Source: Tubiluchus corallicola (lineage: Eukaryota; Animalia; Priapulida). Taken from it: 64,000 bases of DNA. The notes below the pieces were generated by a model that saw only the letters and a program-made list of their open reading frames with translations, did no database searches and was not told the origin of the DNA. Position 1 is the stretch's first letter; every line of letters begins with the position of its first letter. Positions 40,691-64,000 of the stretch are shown here, piece after piece. A program made the translations under genes and the position numbers. The DNA lies in the NCBI GenBank assembly GCA_030141605.1, contig JAQGDQ010000111.1, positions 434,001 to 498,000 on the forward strand, given 5' to 3'.

Positions 40691-42829
40691 ATATTGTACT
40701 GAAACAGTTGACATCAAATACAGGGAGGAACAGCTAGAGCATGCTTGATCTCTCCAGCTCCATCTCTACGTGACCAAGGGCTCTCTTGATAGCCCTTTTC
40801 TGGAAGCCAGCAGTTCCATAGTAGCTTAATTAAAATGTGAGACCTCTGGTACTGAAGAAATGAAGGTGGTGAACTATCTCAATCCAAATGTATAATAAAA
40901 GAATTACATGGATCATACTAATGCATGAAAACAATACTAAAATATAAGGTCTGAACCATTTTGTTGAACAGAAGAACTTTTGCTTTCCATTCAGTTATCG
41001 TCAATTGCTGACCATTACACCACAGAGATACCTCTCGTTTTATTGGACAGACAATAAGTTAGTTCAAGCTATGTTTGCAGCGTAATTAACGTTGTTCTCT
41101 GCATCCTAAAAGAATTAAAGAAACCAAGTTCTAAGTGATTAAAAACAAGATAAAAAAACTAATAATTAATTATGATTTAGAAAGACCCCGTTTGATTTAT
41201 TTTTGTGTCTCCTCTAGGCTCTTTCAGTTTCACTTATGTATAATAGAGTTTTTTGTATTCAATACCTGCATTGTTTTTAATTCAGTTACCCGAGTACATT
41301 TTTGTGCTGATAAAAATCATTAAAATGCGAATATACGCACAATTCAACAAAAAATGAGTAGTACTTCTATAGTTTCAAAATAAAAGAATTTAGATAACTA
41401 TACCAAAACAATTTCTAGCTGTTTAACTTTTATAATTATTCCTTTAATAAAGAAATAAAAATCATAATATTGATTTACTTTTATGTTTCACTTTTGTTTT
41501 GCGCCATTTGCATGATATTTTATTTTCTACAATTGCTTGCCATCAATTTAATTTTAAATATTTGTTTCCATTTATTATTTTATTTATTATTTATTTTTAT
41601 GCTTATATATTTTATTTTTATATAATTATGCTCACTTGCCATGCAGAGATTGGCAGTTTCAGTAGTTAGGGATGGCAGACTAAATGACCATTTTGGTCTT
41701 TCGCCATCCTGCCCTTTGTTAAATATTGTTGAATATGGCTATTATAGTTTTTGTATTAACTTGAAAAGCAAACAAATTAATTATTCTTATTCTTGCAAAT
41801 GTCTGTAACAGAGGCTGACTTTAACGGTCACCACGCGTCAAAGATTTCCCATAACTTTTAGTCAAAAAATGAAGAAAGCAGAAGTTACTTAAGTACGTTT
41901 ATTACAATAACCATTGAGTAAACCCAAATTAAAACTTTAGTTTTTTAATTTTGTAGCAGGTTGAGTAAAAAGGTAAAGCAATAGTATTTTTACTGTGTGT
42001 TAAGAATTGACTATAGTCTAACTCACTGATAATAGATCCCAGTTAATAATACTTTAATTGTCAAAATTATACTAATTTGATAGTTTTGCAAACTATAGTC
42101 ATTAATTATAGTACCTATTACTGCTAGCAAGTATCATTGGGCAGCAAAGTATCACTCCGTTTGATTAATAATGTAATTGCAATAGTCGATCTCTATATCT
42201 CATAATACTTTTTTAATAGTAATACTAACTATAGCTAGTAATATAACTAAGTAGCAGTACATCAGTTGTTTATATATATTAAATTATTATATATCTATAA
42301 ATGTGTGTGTGTGTACGATAGCAATCTGTAGTTCTACCTGTATATAATTTCCTCTTTGTACTTGCCAATGTATGTAATGTTAATTGCATATTTGCGCAAT
42401 AAATTGAATTATTGGCAGCTGCTTGTCAAAGCTATGAAAACTATGAAACTATCTAAAACAATAAATTTCCACTTTTGAGGTATATTGTCATGATTAAAGG
42501 GTAAGCGAGTACACTCATAGAAACCTCATATTTTCCCGGAAGGTAATCTTCAATTAAAGATCCGTCCGAGACGTAAGTCCCTTAGTTTTATATCAGAGTA
42601 ATATTATATATTTTGATACTGCTGTTACTGTTAGACTATGAAACTCAGAAACTAGGGTACTTGTTGGTACATCTGCAACAATCGCCATGACAGGCAAATT
42701 ATTTCATTCGTTCACTACTCTCATAGTGGAAACAGCGCTTTCAGCATCGAGTTGTAAAATTGACGAAATATTGTAATTGTGGGAAAAAAACTAGTCATCT
42801 CGCTCAACTGGGAAATTATATATTTTGTT

Positions 42830-43423
42830 CTAGCCTTGTTTTGATTTTTTTAGTTTTCACTTATCGCTGATTTTTGTTACTGTTGCTTGATATATGTTTT
42901 GCTTTAAACAGAATTTTGTTTTTGCTCTTGAGTTTGATTTTGTTGCTTTTGTGTGATATAATATTTGCCCTAAGTGAATCCTGTTTTGCTTTGCTTGTGA
43001 TAATTTCTTTTATTTTCAGTTGAATTGTGTTTGCTTTATAAAATTTTTGCTTTGAGTTTGATTTTGTTGCTTTTGTGTGATATAATTTTTGCTCTAAGCT
43101 GAATTCTGTTTTGCTTTGGTTTTGACAAATTCTTTTACCTTCACTTGAATTGCTTTTGCTTTGTAAAATTTTTGCTTTGAGTTTCATTTTGTTTGATATA
43201 ATTTTTTGCTATAAGTTAAATTCCGTTTTGCATTGCTTGTGATAACTTTCTTTTTTTCTGAGTGGAATTGCATTTTTGCTTTGAGTAGATTTTTGTTGCT
43301 TTTCTTTGTTTGATATTATTTTTTGCTCTACATTGAATTTCATTAATTTTTTGCTTGATGTTATGCCTTGTTATGCTTTGAATTGCATTTCTGCTTTGAG
43401 TTGATTTTTGTTGCTTTTGCCTT
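42830..43423. repeat. Degenerate T-rich tandem array (~120-bp period with internal sub-repeats)
   Basis: tgagtttgattttgttgcttttgtgtgatataat at ~42929 and ~43053; weaker copies near 43180, 43265 and 43400. Confidence 0.75.
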
Positions 43424-43608
43424 GTATATATGCACAAACACCTAAAAATGTCATGAGCCTGTGAGCAAATTTGTATTTTTAATAAGGGGCAAGTGACCAA
43501 GTGACCAATAGGTCTTTTGCTGCTCCTTCTCAGCTGCAATGAAATGTAAAAATAATTATGATGAATTTTAACTGCTATTAAGAAAATAAAATTGATTTGA
43601 ATTGAATT
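43424..43608 (+). mobile_element. LINE 3'-end fragment (same family as 21551-21710)
   Basis: Shared sequence, aataaa and (ttgaa)n tail. Confidence 0.75.
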
Positions 43609-44505
43609 GGAGGAGAACTGGTCCCAGCGCGATGCACATATAAAAAAAAACAAACCCCTGCATTTCAGAGGTTTTGGGGACATTTTTAGTAACCAAAACT
43701 TGTGATGAGGTTAATCAATTTTTTTAAGTCATGATTACTGTAAAATTTTACTTGTGGCTCAGTAATGTATTACTCATTGGTAATAATATTTAACGAGTTG
43801 AACACCAACCTTACCCAAGAATACCGTATCCAAAAAATAGCTGGACACGTGTTAACTATCTATTCTTGCAATAAAATCATATACATGAAGCAACCATATT
43901 TGAAGTGCTTGCCTTCACCGTAAGACAGGAACCAGCCAGACACATACAGCAGATCACCTTGACGCTCTTAGAAATTAAAACATGATTTTTGTAGTAATCA
44001 CAACAAGTATAAATAATTGATGAATACACAAGAAAGTCTACTGGTTATTTTAAGACCCTCTTAGCTTTCTGTGTTTTACCTGAAAATGTTGTGGATTGTA
44101 ATCCTATTTCATACATCGTTTCTTTCATCAGGGAGGTGAAAATTTGGCCTACTAACAGAGAAATCATTAGTTTATGTCCGCCTTTGAGCTTCAAAGTTCC
44201 ATTGATACATTTGATTTGTATTTTACTTTATTAGTATAATTAATGGTACTAATAAATTGATAATCTATTGATAATGGTACTAATACTTGAAATCTAAAGA
44301 TTCTTTGTGCTCAAACTGAAACTTAAACTAACTTTTTTATGTTTTCTTTTCATGCAATTTGGTGTCAAAAGTTTAATAACTTTGAGTTTATTGCATTAAT
44401 ATTGTGCCCTTTTATGCAATAATTATAGACGTTTACTGCCTATAGCTGATATTATCCAGTCACAAATATAGATAATGTACTGTGTTTTTCTTACTTATGG
44501 CTTAA

Positions 44506-45519
44506 AGGAAAAGAAAAGGGACACCTGAAGTAGGTTTCAGAAATATCACATTAAAAAATTATACTACTTTACAGCATTTTTATGCACATATCATATTTGC
44601 GATAAAAGGAATTTTCGTTTGTTTTCATTTTAAATCTCCCGCAATACTGTTCCGACGGTGCCATTACATCACGTCACTACGCTACGTAAATCAGGGGAAG
44701 AAAAGGCAATGTTAAATTATGACCCAAAAAACTTTCCGTGCAAATCTATATTATTTAGCATTTCGCTTACCTGCTGGAAAGACTTACGTAACTAGACTAA
44801 TAATTTAAAATGTTTGTGCCAATTGGTAAAATGTCGCTGGCTCACCCTCCAGGGTGCGCCACTCATTAACCAGAAATGTATTTTTAATCTTATTGACAAG
44901 ATACAGTAATTTAAAATTTTATTTAATTAGCAACATGTATGCTACGAATGCTCTGATTATTTTTTCAAACTTTACTTAATGTTATCAAAACTTGTTTCAA
45001 ACGACCTACCGTTAAAATGGCTGCACCTAACTGTCATCGCGGGAGTTTAAATTTACACATTATGACCCAAAAAACTTTCCGTGCAAATCTATATTATTTA
45101 GCATTTCGCTTACCTGCTGGAAAGACTTACGTAACTAGACTAATAATTTAAAATGTTTGTGCCAATTGGTAAAATGTCGCTGGCTCACCCTCCAGGGTAC
45201 GCCACTCATTAACCAAAAATGTATTTTTAATCTTATTGACAAGATACAGTAATTTAAAATTTTATTTAATTAGCAACATGTATGCTACGAATGCTCTGAT
45301 TATTTTTTCAAACTTTACTTAATGTTATCAAAACTTGTTTCAAACGACCTACCGTTAAAATGGCTGCACCTAACTGTCATCGCGGGAGTTTAAATTTACA
45401 CATTTTATACAGCGTTATGGTCAATGCAAGCCATGCATACGAAAAGGTAGTATGTAAGTGGTATAAAATTTCGATACGAATTTTTTAAGCTTTATGCATG
45501 TGGAGGGTTTTCTTGTGCT
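44506..45519. mobile_element. TTAA-flanked non-autonomous DNA transposon (Kolobok-like) containing a 343-bp tandem duplication
   Basis: ttaa|aggaaaagaaaa ... ttttcttgtgct|ttaa (10/12 TIR match); 44716-45058 is repeated at 45059-45401 with two substitutions. Confidence 0.7.
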
Positions 45520-45846
45520 TTAATGCAATACATGGTCAAGTTCATTATGTTATAATTTGACATAATTTTGTTCGTATAGTTAATGTTACCTTGTACCGCT
45601 TGCATTTCATGATTATTTATTTTTTTAAAAGTTTATTTATTTATAATGTTTATTTAGAAATTGTAGAGCTTCTCATTGTTGTCCTTAACTACTTCCTTTC
45701 TAAATTTTAAAATCACAGATTTTGTAATCTGTACATGCCTTATTTACTTTCATGTTTGGTAAACAAATAATAAAAAATTCTGTTTACCATAGGCAAAAAT
45801 AAAAGAAATACGGAAGAGTCAGAAAATGCTTGGATAAAAGTAAAAC

Positions 45847-48800
45847 ATGGAATCTGAGCTCCTGGAAAGCTTGCAAGTTGCAGCACAATCGGAAAATGCT
45901 GCCATCACGCCTGTTGAAACAGATTCCTTTCAAGAGGTAAACTTACATGAAGCTATCTATAGTAAATAGAGCTATGAAGTACACATATTAATTTTAATGG
46001 TAAAATCTTGTTAATTAATGTTTTATTCCATCCACATTTGACCGTGATGATGATTGAAAATAGTTAATTTTAGCATTTCTGAGGATGCTTACAGCCAGGG
46101 ACACGTGCAATACTAAAACTACTGCCATTGGATGTAATAGTTATGTCACATTATAATTTTATACAAAACAGTGAATGGATAATTTGTGTTACACAAAGTC
46201 GCAGTGTAGATGTGCATCTCAGTGGTCTTTGCAAATTTAATGTTTGCCACTACTGTATACCGTAAAGTTAGTGCACTCTGGAAGTGTTTTCGAATTTTGT
46301 GAGGAGAACCAGATATGCAGATTTCTAGATGCAGCCTTGTTACTAATATTTAAGTCGCCACTTGCTCTTCGCAAACCATAGTTTGTAAGCCATAAACTAC
46401 TGGATGATGCAAAGCTAACCACAGTGCTAGTACTAAGTTGCCTTGCCAGCACATGCATTAGTGGTTAGCTAATGAAAGGAACCACTTACTTCTGCAATGT
46501 GCTTGTTATTGCTACCTCAAGCTATTACCAGTCTACTGTGCGACAGCAGATGCTGGTAAATTTGTAGGTTCTTTTACACATTAGTTAAAATAGAGACTAT
46601 ATTATTAATAACCCATTGCTTGACAGTGTGTTTTACTACTGTAAAGGAAGCCCTAAATTAAATTTCTATCAATATGTTACCTGTGTAAGTCGCTTGGAAT
46701 GATGCATTGCAAAAATATTACTTCGCAAACATGGCTTTGCAGCTGAAATCACGAAAATTTAACTTCCACTTTTTTCTGGTTTGCAGTACGTTAAATTTTC
46801 CAAATCTCACTTAAACCTGTTTTTGAAAATACTGTTTACATATAAAGTAATTATATTAGTAAGCTATGTATTACTACTCTTATGTTTTTGCACTATGGGA
46901 AGAACTTTCAGCTTAGTAAGAATGGGATCACTGCAACATGACTCACTTGGTCAATGATTCAAATCAATGTTCTTTGATTGTCAACAATTGATGATACCAA
47001 ACTTGAATTTACTGTTTGTTTGATGTTTGCCTTGTAGTACAGCTGGCTAATGTTTCAATTATAGCACCTTCGTGTTTTCTTTGACGTATTTTGCGTGTAT
47101 TCCAGGATTTACAGGAGAATTTGGAAAGGCACATTGCAACAGCAGGCGTGGAGCCCACAAATGATGTTGACCACTTGGTCATTGTGTCGCTAAATGAAGG
47201 TTACTCTGTGCTCTCTGCTGACAATGCAGGTTTAAACCTGAGCCAGATCGCCGGCGATGGTCAGAGACTCTTCTATGCCCTTCCGGTGTTCCGGTGCGAC
47301 AAGTGCGATGAATCATTCACCAGCCAGGAAGAGCTGAAATTGCACAAACAGGAAGCTCATAGACAAGAGAGGAACTTCTTGTGTGGAGTTTGCAATGCTT
47401 CTTTTACTCAGCTGGGGCATTTGACCACCCATGCAAAGATCCATCTGGGAATCAAGCCTTACAAGTGTGAGTTGTGCGGCCGTGATTTCACCCAGTCCGG
47501 ACATCTGAAATCACACATGAAGACACACACTAAAGAGAGGCCGTTCAAATGTGATATTTGCAATGCTTCTTTTACACAGTCTGGTCACGTTAAACAACAC
47601 AAACGCATTCACACTGGGGAGAAGCCTTATAAGTGCGAGCTGTGCGGTACGGCGTTTGCACAGTCAGGTCATTTGACTCAGCATAAAAGAATACATACTG
47701 GAGAAAAACCCTATAAATGCAGCCAGTGCAATGTTGAGTATGCGCAGTCGGGGCACTTGAAACATCACATGGAGCTGACCCACGGGTCACTTATTTTGGA
47801 ACACAAATGTGAGATTTGTGAAAAACAATTTTTTACACTTTCACGTCTGAAGCGACACCTGCGATCTTTCCACGCCAAAGAAAATGACAGTGGTTCCTTG
47901 CATTGTGATGACTGTGATGCCGACTTTACCACTGTCACCGACCTGCAGGAACATATGGCAACATTGCATTCGGAGAAGCCACACAAGTGCCACTTGTGCA
48001 GTGCGTCGTTCCGTAAGGTGGAGCATTTGCTAAGGCATGGCAAAATACACAGGGGACTGAAGCCGCACAAGTGTGATCAGTGTGACGCTTCTTTCTCATT
48101 CCCATACAAACTCAAAATACACAAGCGCCGCCATGTGGAGAAACGCAACAAGTGTTCCTTGTGCAGTTTGACTTTCTCCTTCCTTTGGGAACTGAAAGCG
48201 CATCGAGAGGAAATGCATCGATTCAGGTGTTCGCATTGCGATCGTGTATACCTCACACAGGACAAACTAGACACTCACGAAGCATCTCATTCAATTGAAA
48301 AACCTTTTCAATGTACCGACTGCCCATCTGCTTTTGAAACCGAGTTTCGGTTGAAGATTCACAGCAAGATCCACACCGGCGAGTGTCTCCATCATTGCTC
48401 GTACTGCGATGCAGTGTTCGTCTATCAGTCGCGACTACTTCGCCACTTGAAAACACACAGCGGTATCCACTTTTACAAGTGCGAACAGTGCGAGGCTCAG
48501 TTTAATACTGTGCGAGGATTAAATAAGCATGTACGCAGTCATACTGGTGAGCAACTTCCTCGCATAAAAACTGAAATCATAGATGATATTGCTGATGAAA
48601 ATATGGAACCAGACATAGACAATGTGAAAAATGAGCAATCTCAGGAGCATGGTGAGACGGCAGATTTGAGTAACAGTCAAGACGATATTAGTGATGTCAT
48701 TGAACAACTAGGTATGCAGAGTGAGTTAAACGATTCAGTAAACACTACTGCTTTCAGCATAAACGAACTACAGGGTAGTGTCTTAGAAGCAGTGGCAGAT

Positions 48801-48896
48801 GCTGATGTTGGTGAAGTTATGGAGTTCGTAATTAATGACAAAACCTACCGAATAATTTCAGAGGCTAGTTGTCAAACTAGTGTACCTGGAGAATAA
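45847..48896 (+). CDS. C2H2 zinc-finger protein, 15 fingers, 626 aa, two coding exons
   Basis: Exon 1 45847-45936 (MESELLESLQVAAQ..FQE, donor GAG|GTAAAC); exon 2 47106-48896 after ttccAG, phase 0. Fifteen CxxC..HxxxH units with TGEKPY-type linkers; acidic N- and C-termini. Confidence 0.93.
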
Positions 48897-49170
48897 AAGT
48901 GATGCTCATACAGAAGATGTAAAAATGTGAAAGAAGATTTTGTTTGTTTTGACATGCAAACTGTGGATTTGAATAGACTGTCTAAACTTGTGAGGCTTCG
49001 AATTCTTTACAACAATCAGCGGTATATTCTTGTAAATTCGGAAGAAATTATTTTTGAACTTGTCTTGTTAATGTGCTCCCTTTGTATATGTACATATTGT
49101 ATTTTGGTACTGGCTTTGTAAATAGCAAATTTCAATTTCAGGTAAACTAAGCCTGAGCCATAGATCTGCA

Positions 49171-49599
49171 ATGGTGCGGCTACCACGATTGAACTTTGCT
49201 GCTCCGCCATCCATAATAATTCACCTGAAAAGATTTGATGTAAACTTATTGCCAACGAAAATTAGATCTTTTCCTTGCTTAATGAACAACTTAAAATGTG
49301 TCACTGATGATAAACAGCAGCTCATCACAGAAAGTAACTTCTCAAAGAATGGTACAACAGGTTTACAATTGGTCCCACCCAATTCCACAACATCGTCTTC
49401 AGAAGACGTTTGTTCTGTGCCAGAAACTCCCACCACGTGCTGTGGCACAGGCTGTGCTAACTGTGTTTGGATCGATTATGTGGATCACCTAGTTGAATTC
49501 TACAAAGATGGTGGTACAAAGGCACGCGATGCTATAAACAAAATCGACGATGTGAGTCTAAGAACATTTCTACAAATGGAATTGAAAGGGAAATTGTGA
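49171..49599 (+). CDS. OXLD1: Oxidoreductase-like domain-containing protein 1
   Basis: PETPTTCCGTGCANCVWIDY and IDDVSLRTFLQMELK motifs; basic N-terminus resembling a mitochondrial presequence; single coding exon. Confidence 0.9.
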   Translation: MVRLPRLNFAAPPSIIIHLKRFDVNLLPTKIRSFPCLMNNLKCVTDDKQQLITESNFSKNGTTGLQLVPPNSTTSSSEDVCSVPETPTTCCGTGCANCVWIDYVDHLVEFYKDGGTKARDAINKIDDVSLRTFLQMELKGKL

Positions 49600-50831
49600 T
49601 GGATTTTGAAACCTTAGCTCAGCAACTTGCAAAGAAATTGTACCAGTTGTAGACCATAAAATTTAAAAATGATGTAATTTATTATTAGCACAGCGGTAAT
49701 AATAGGGGGTACCATTTTAGGGTATTTCAGGTTGTTGTACTAATGATATAGATTGCCCTACTTATATAATCTGTTGGATGTGTAATTCTCTCCAAGCTTG
49801 CACTTCTTGTTTTGAATACCCGGTAATCATTTTGAATAGACCTGTAATTAAAATTACTGAAATTGTGTTTACTTAGCAAACATGTCCTTCAAGAAAATTT
49901 TATTTCCATATAGTGATAAAAAATTTTTAGACTAAAACATTTGAAACTGAGATGCTCCTTTCATTTCTTAAATAAAGCATGGTAGAGTTTTCTACGCTTG
50001 TAGGCATGTTATTAGAACCAGCCATTTAACAGTCTTATAAGATTGAATTCTTGCTTGTCTCTGATGGTTGGATTTAAATACCCAGAGACATGCGACATCA
50101 TAGAGATAAAAAATTAGTTAGCTTCTTGAGCAGGCACTTGAGATTTTATTTTTGTTACCCCACTACATATCATGTTGCATATTCTGTCTGTTCAAACACA
50201 GCTCTGATTCCATGTTGGCTAGCTACGACATCGCAAAACGATACATCATTATCTTCCATAATACAGATACGTGGTGAATGAGTTAACTTTTGCATCAGTT
50301 AGGCTTGCTTTTTTAGAATCAAGTTTGTTGTTTTTTATAGTGTTCTCATTATTAACACATGCAGTTGTTGATTTCAGTCATTTTTGTTCTTATCATTGCT
50401 CTTACCCAATCTTTACTTTGTTATCCTGTTTACGATTTTCATATGGTCCATTTGCCTTGTTGCTAAATAAGCACTTAAAATTAAGACTTTAATAAGAAAT
50501 ACTGTTCTAATTATTTCTTGATTACAGCAAGCCAATGAAATAATAAACTTTATACTATAACATTGCATTTTATTACTTTTCTGTATCAAAGGTTTTTTAT
50601 TGATTATAAGTACAAGCACATTGAAATGCCTTTTACACAATTTGTTCTTGCTTTATATACACTGTAACCCAAAAATACAAAACTGTGTGAACAAAAAAAA
50701 ACGTAAATTGATAATCTCACAGTTTTAAACGTAATTAGTCACATTTTAATTGGACAATGAACACCCTATACTGGTGTTACAGCATGAGTTCCTACCAAAG
50801 ATTAAAAACATAAAAATGAATAACAAAAAAA

Positions 50832-63080
<12,249 letters not shown>

Positions 63081-63213
63081 CTGTGCCGGAAAATGGTAAA
63101 AAAGCAAACACTTGGGCTATCTGTTAATTATGTTATAATTAAATATTGAATTAGCAATTAAAAATTGGACTAAGAGAGTAACTTTACAGACTAGCTAATA
63201 TTTACTATCTGAG

Positions 63214-63519
63214 CAGTGGCGTAGCTAATAGGGGAGCGCCCGCACATTTCCGAATTCACGCCTTTTCAACAGTGCCAAAACTCATTCATTTTGTTTACGT
63301 TTAAAATTTACATAACACAGATGTTTTCATTATGTTTAGAGATTTAAGAGTTTAGTGTAAAACTTTTCGTATTTTAATTTTAAATACGAAATAACAATTA
63401 TGTGCTTCCTTTAAAACTGTATCTTCCTTGTGTTTTGATTTTAAACAGAAAATTAAAGTGTATAATCAATTTTTGGCACTTCTTTATGTGCTTGCCCCCC
63501 TAACCTGGCTACGCCCCTG
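63214..63519. mobile_element. hAT-type MITE
   Basis: TIRs cagtggcgtagc / gctacgcccctg; imperfect 8-bp TSD tatctgag / tgtctgaa. Confidence 0.75.
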
Positions 63520-64000
63520 TGTCTGAAATGAGTAAAGGCTAAAACCTGCAGGTAAACTAACCAACATTTTTCCAGGAAAATAACTCTTAAACACTGCTCA
63601 CAGGTAATTCTGCCTACTTAGCTGGCAGCAAAAAAGTTGGCATTAAGCAAGTCTGGCATTATGAGAAGGAGCATTAATACCCACATGTCTATGCAATACA
63701 GACAACGTGTTTTGCCAAAAATTTGGGCGATAAGCAAGAATGGCATTATAAAGGAAGAGCATTATAATGAGGTTTGGTTGTAATATTATTTAACAATTTT
63801 AGGAACAATGTAGGACTTCAAAATGCTCGTCAATCAATTAAAACTAATGAGTGGTCAGTAGCCAATAACAAACTTTGTCAATCTATGGATAGGTGACAGA
63901 CACAAAACAGTTTCTAGGCCAGTTTTATCTGCCACACCGCCGTGGACTAAATTTACTTCGTTAATGAATACAATTAAGATACCTCGGCTGGTTCAGTGAC

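Noticed and set aside
42861-43683. Lys/Gln/Ser-rich 108- and 155-aa ORFs
   Set aside because: Arise from the A-rich strand of a degenerate tandem array plus a LINE tail.

Overview
AT-rich, intron-containing animal genomic DNA; the convertase is closest to the protostome furin-2 type, so an invertebrate is likely, but the species cannot be fixed from this window. The left third (1-23 kb) is repeat-dense and partly decaying. It holds a + strand gene with nine one-domain phase-1/1 LDL-receptor class A exons, then a Thr/Ser linker, a TSP1 domain and a Cys-rich tail; its 5' end is outside the window and one LDLa exon is frameshifted. A two-exon metal-hydrolase gene of the cyclase/kynurenine-formamidase family sits on the same strand inside one of its introns, also frameshifted. 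This part also has a 207-bp foldback, several MITEs/SINEs/LINE fragments and a Penelope-like relic with a hammerhead-ribozyme core. The rest is intact: a three-exon CD225/dispanin (IFITM/PRRT-like) gene, an intronless-CDS furin-2/PC5-like convertase, a 15-finger C2H2 gene followed 274 bp later by OXLD1, and the 3' nine exons of GANP/MCM3AP on the - strand. All exon calls were read by hand from GT-AG sites and reading-frame continuity; no database search was run.
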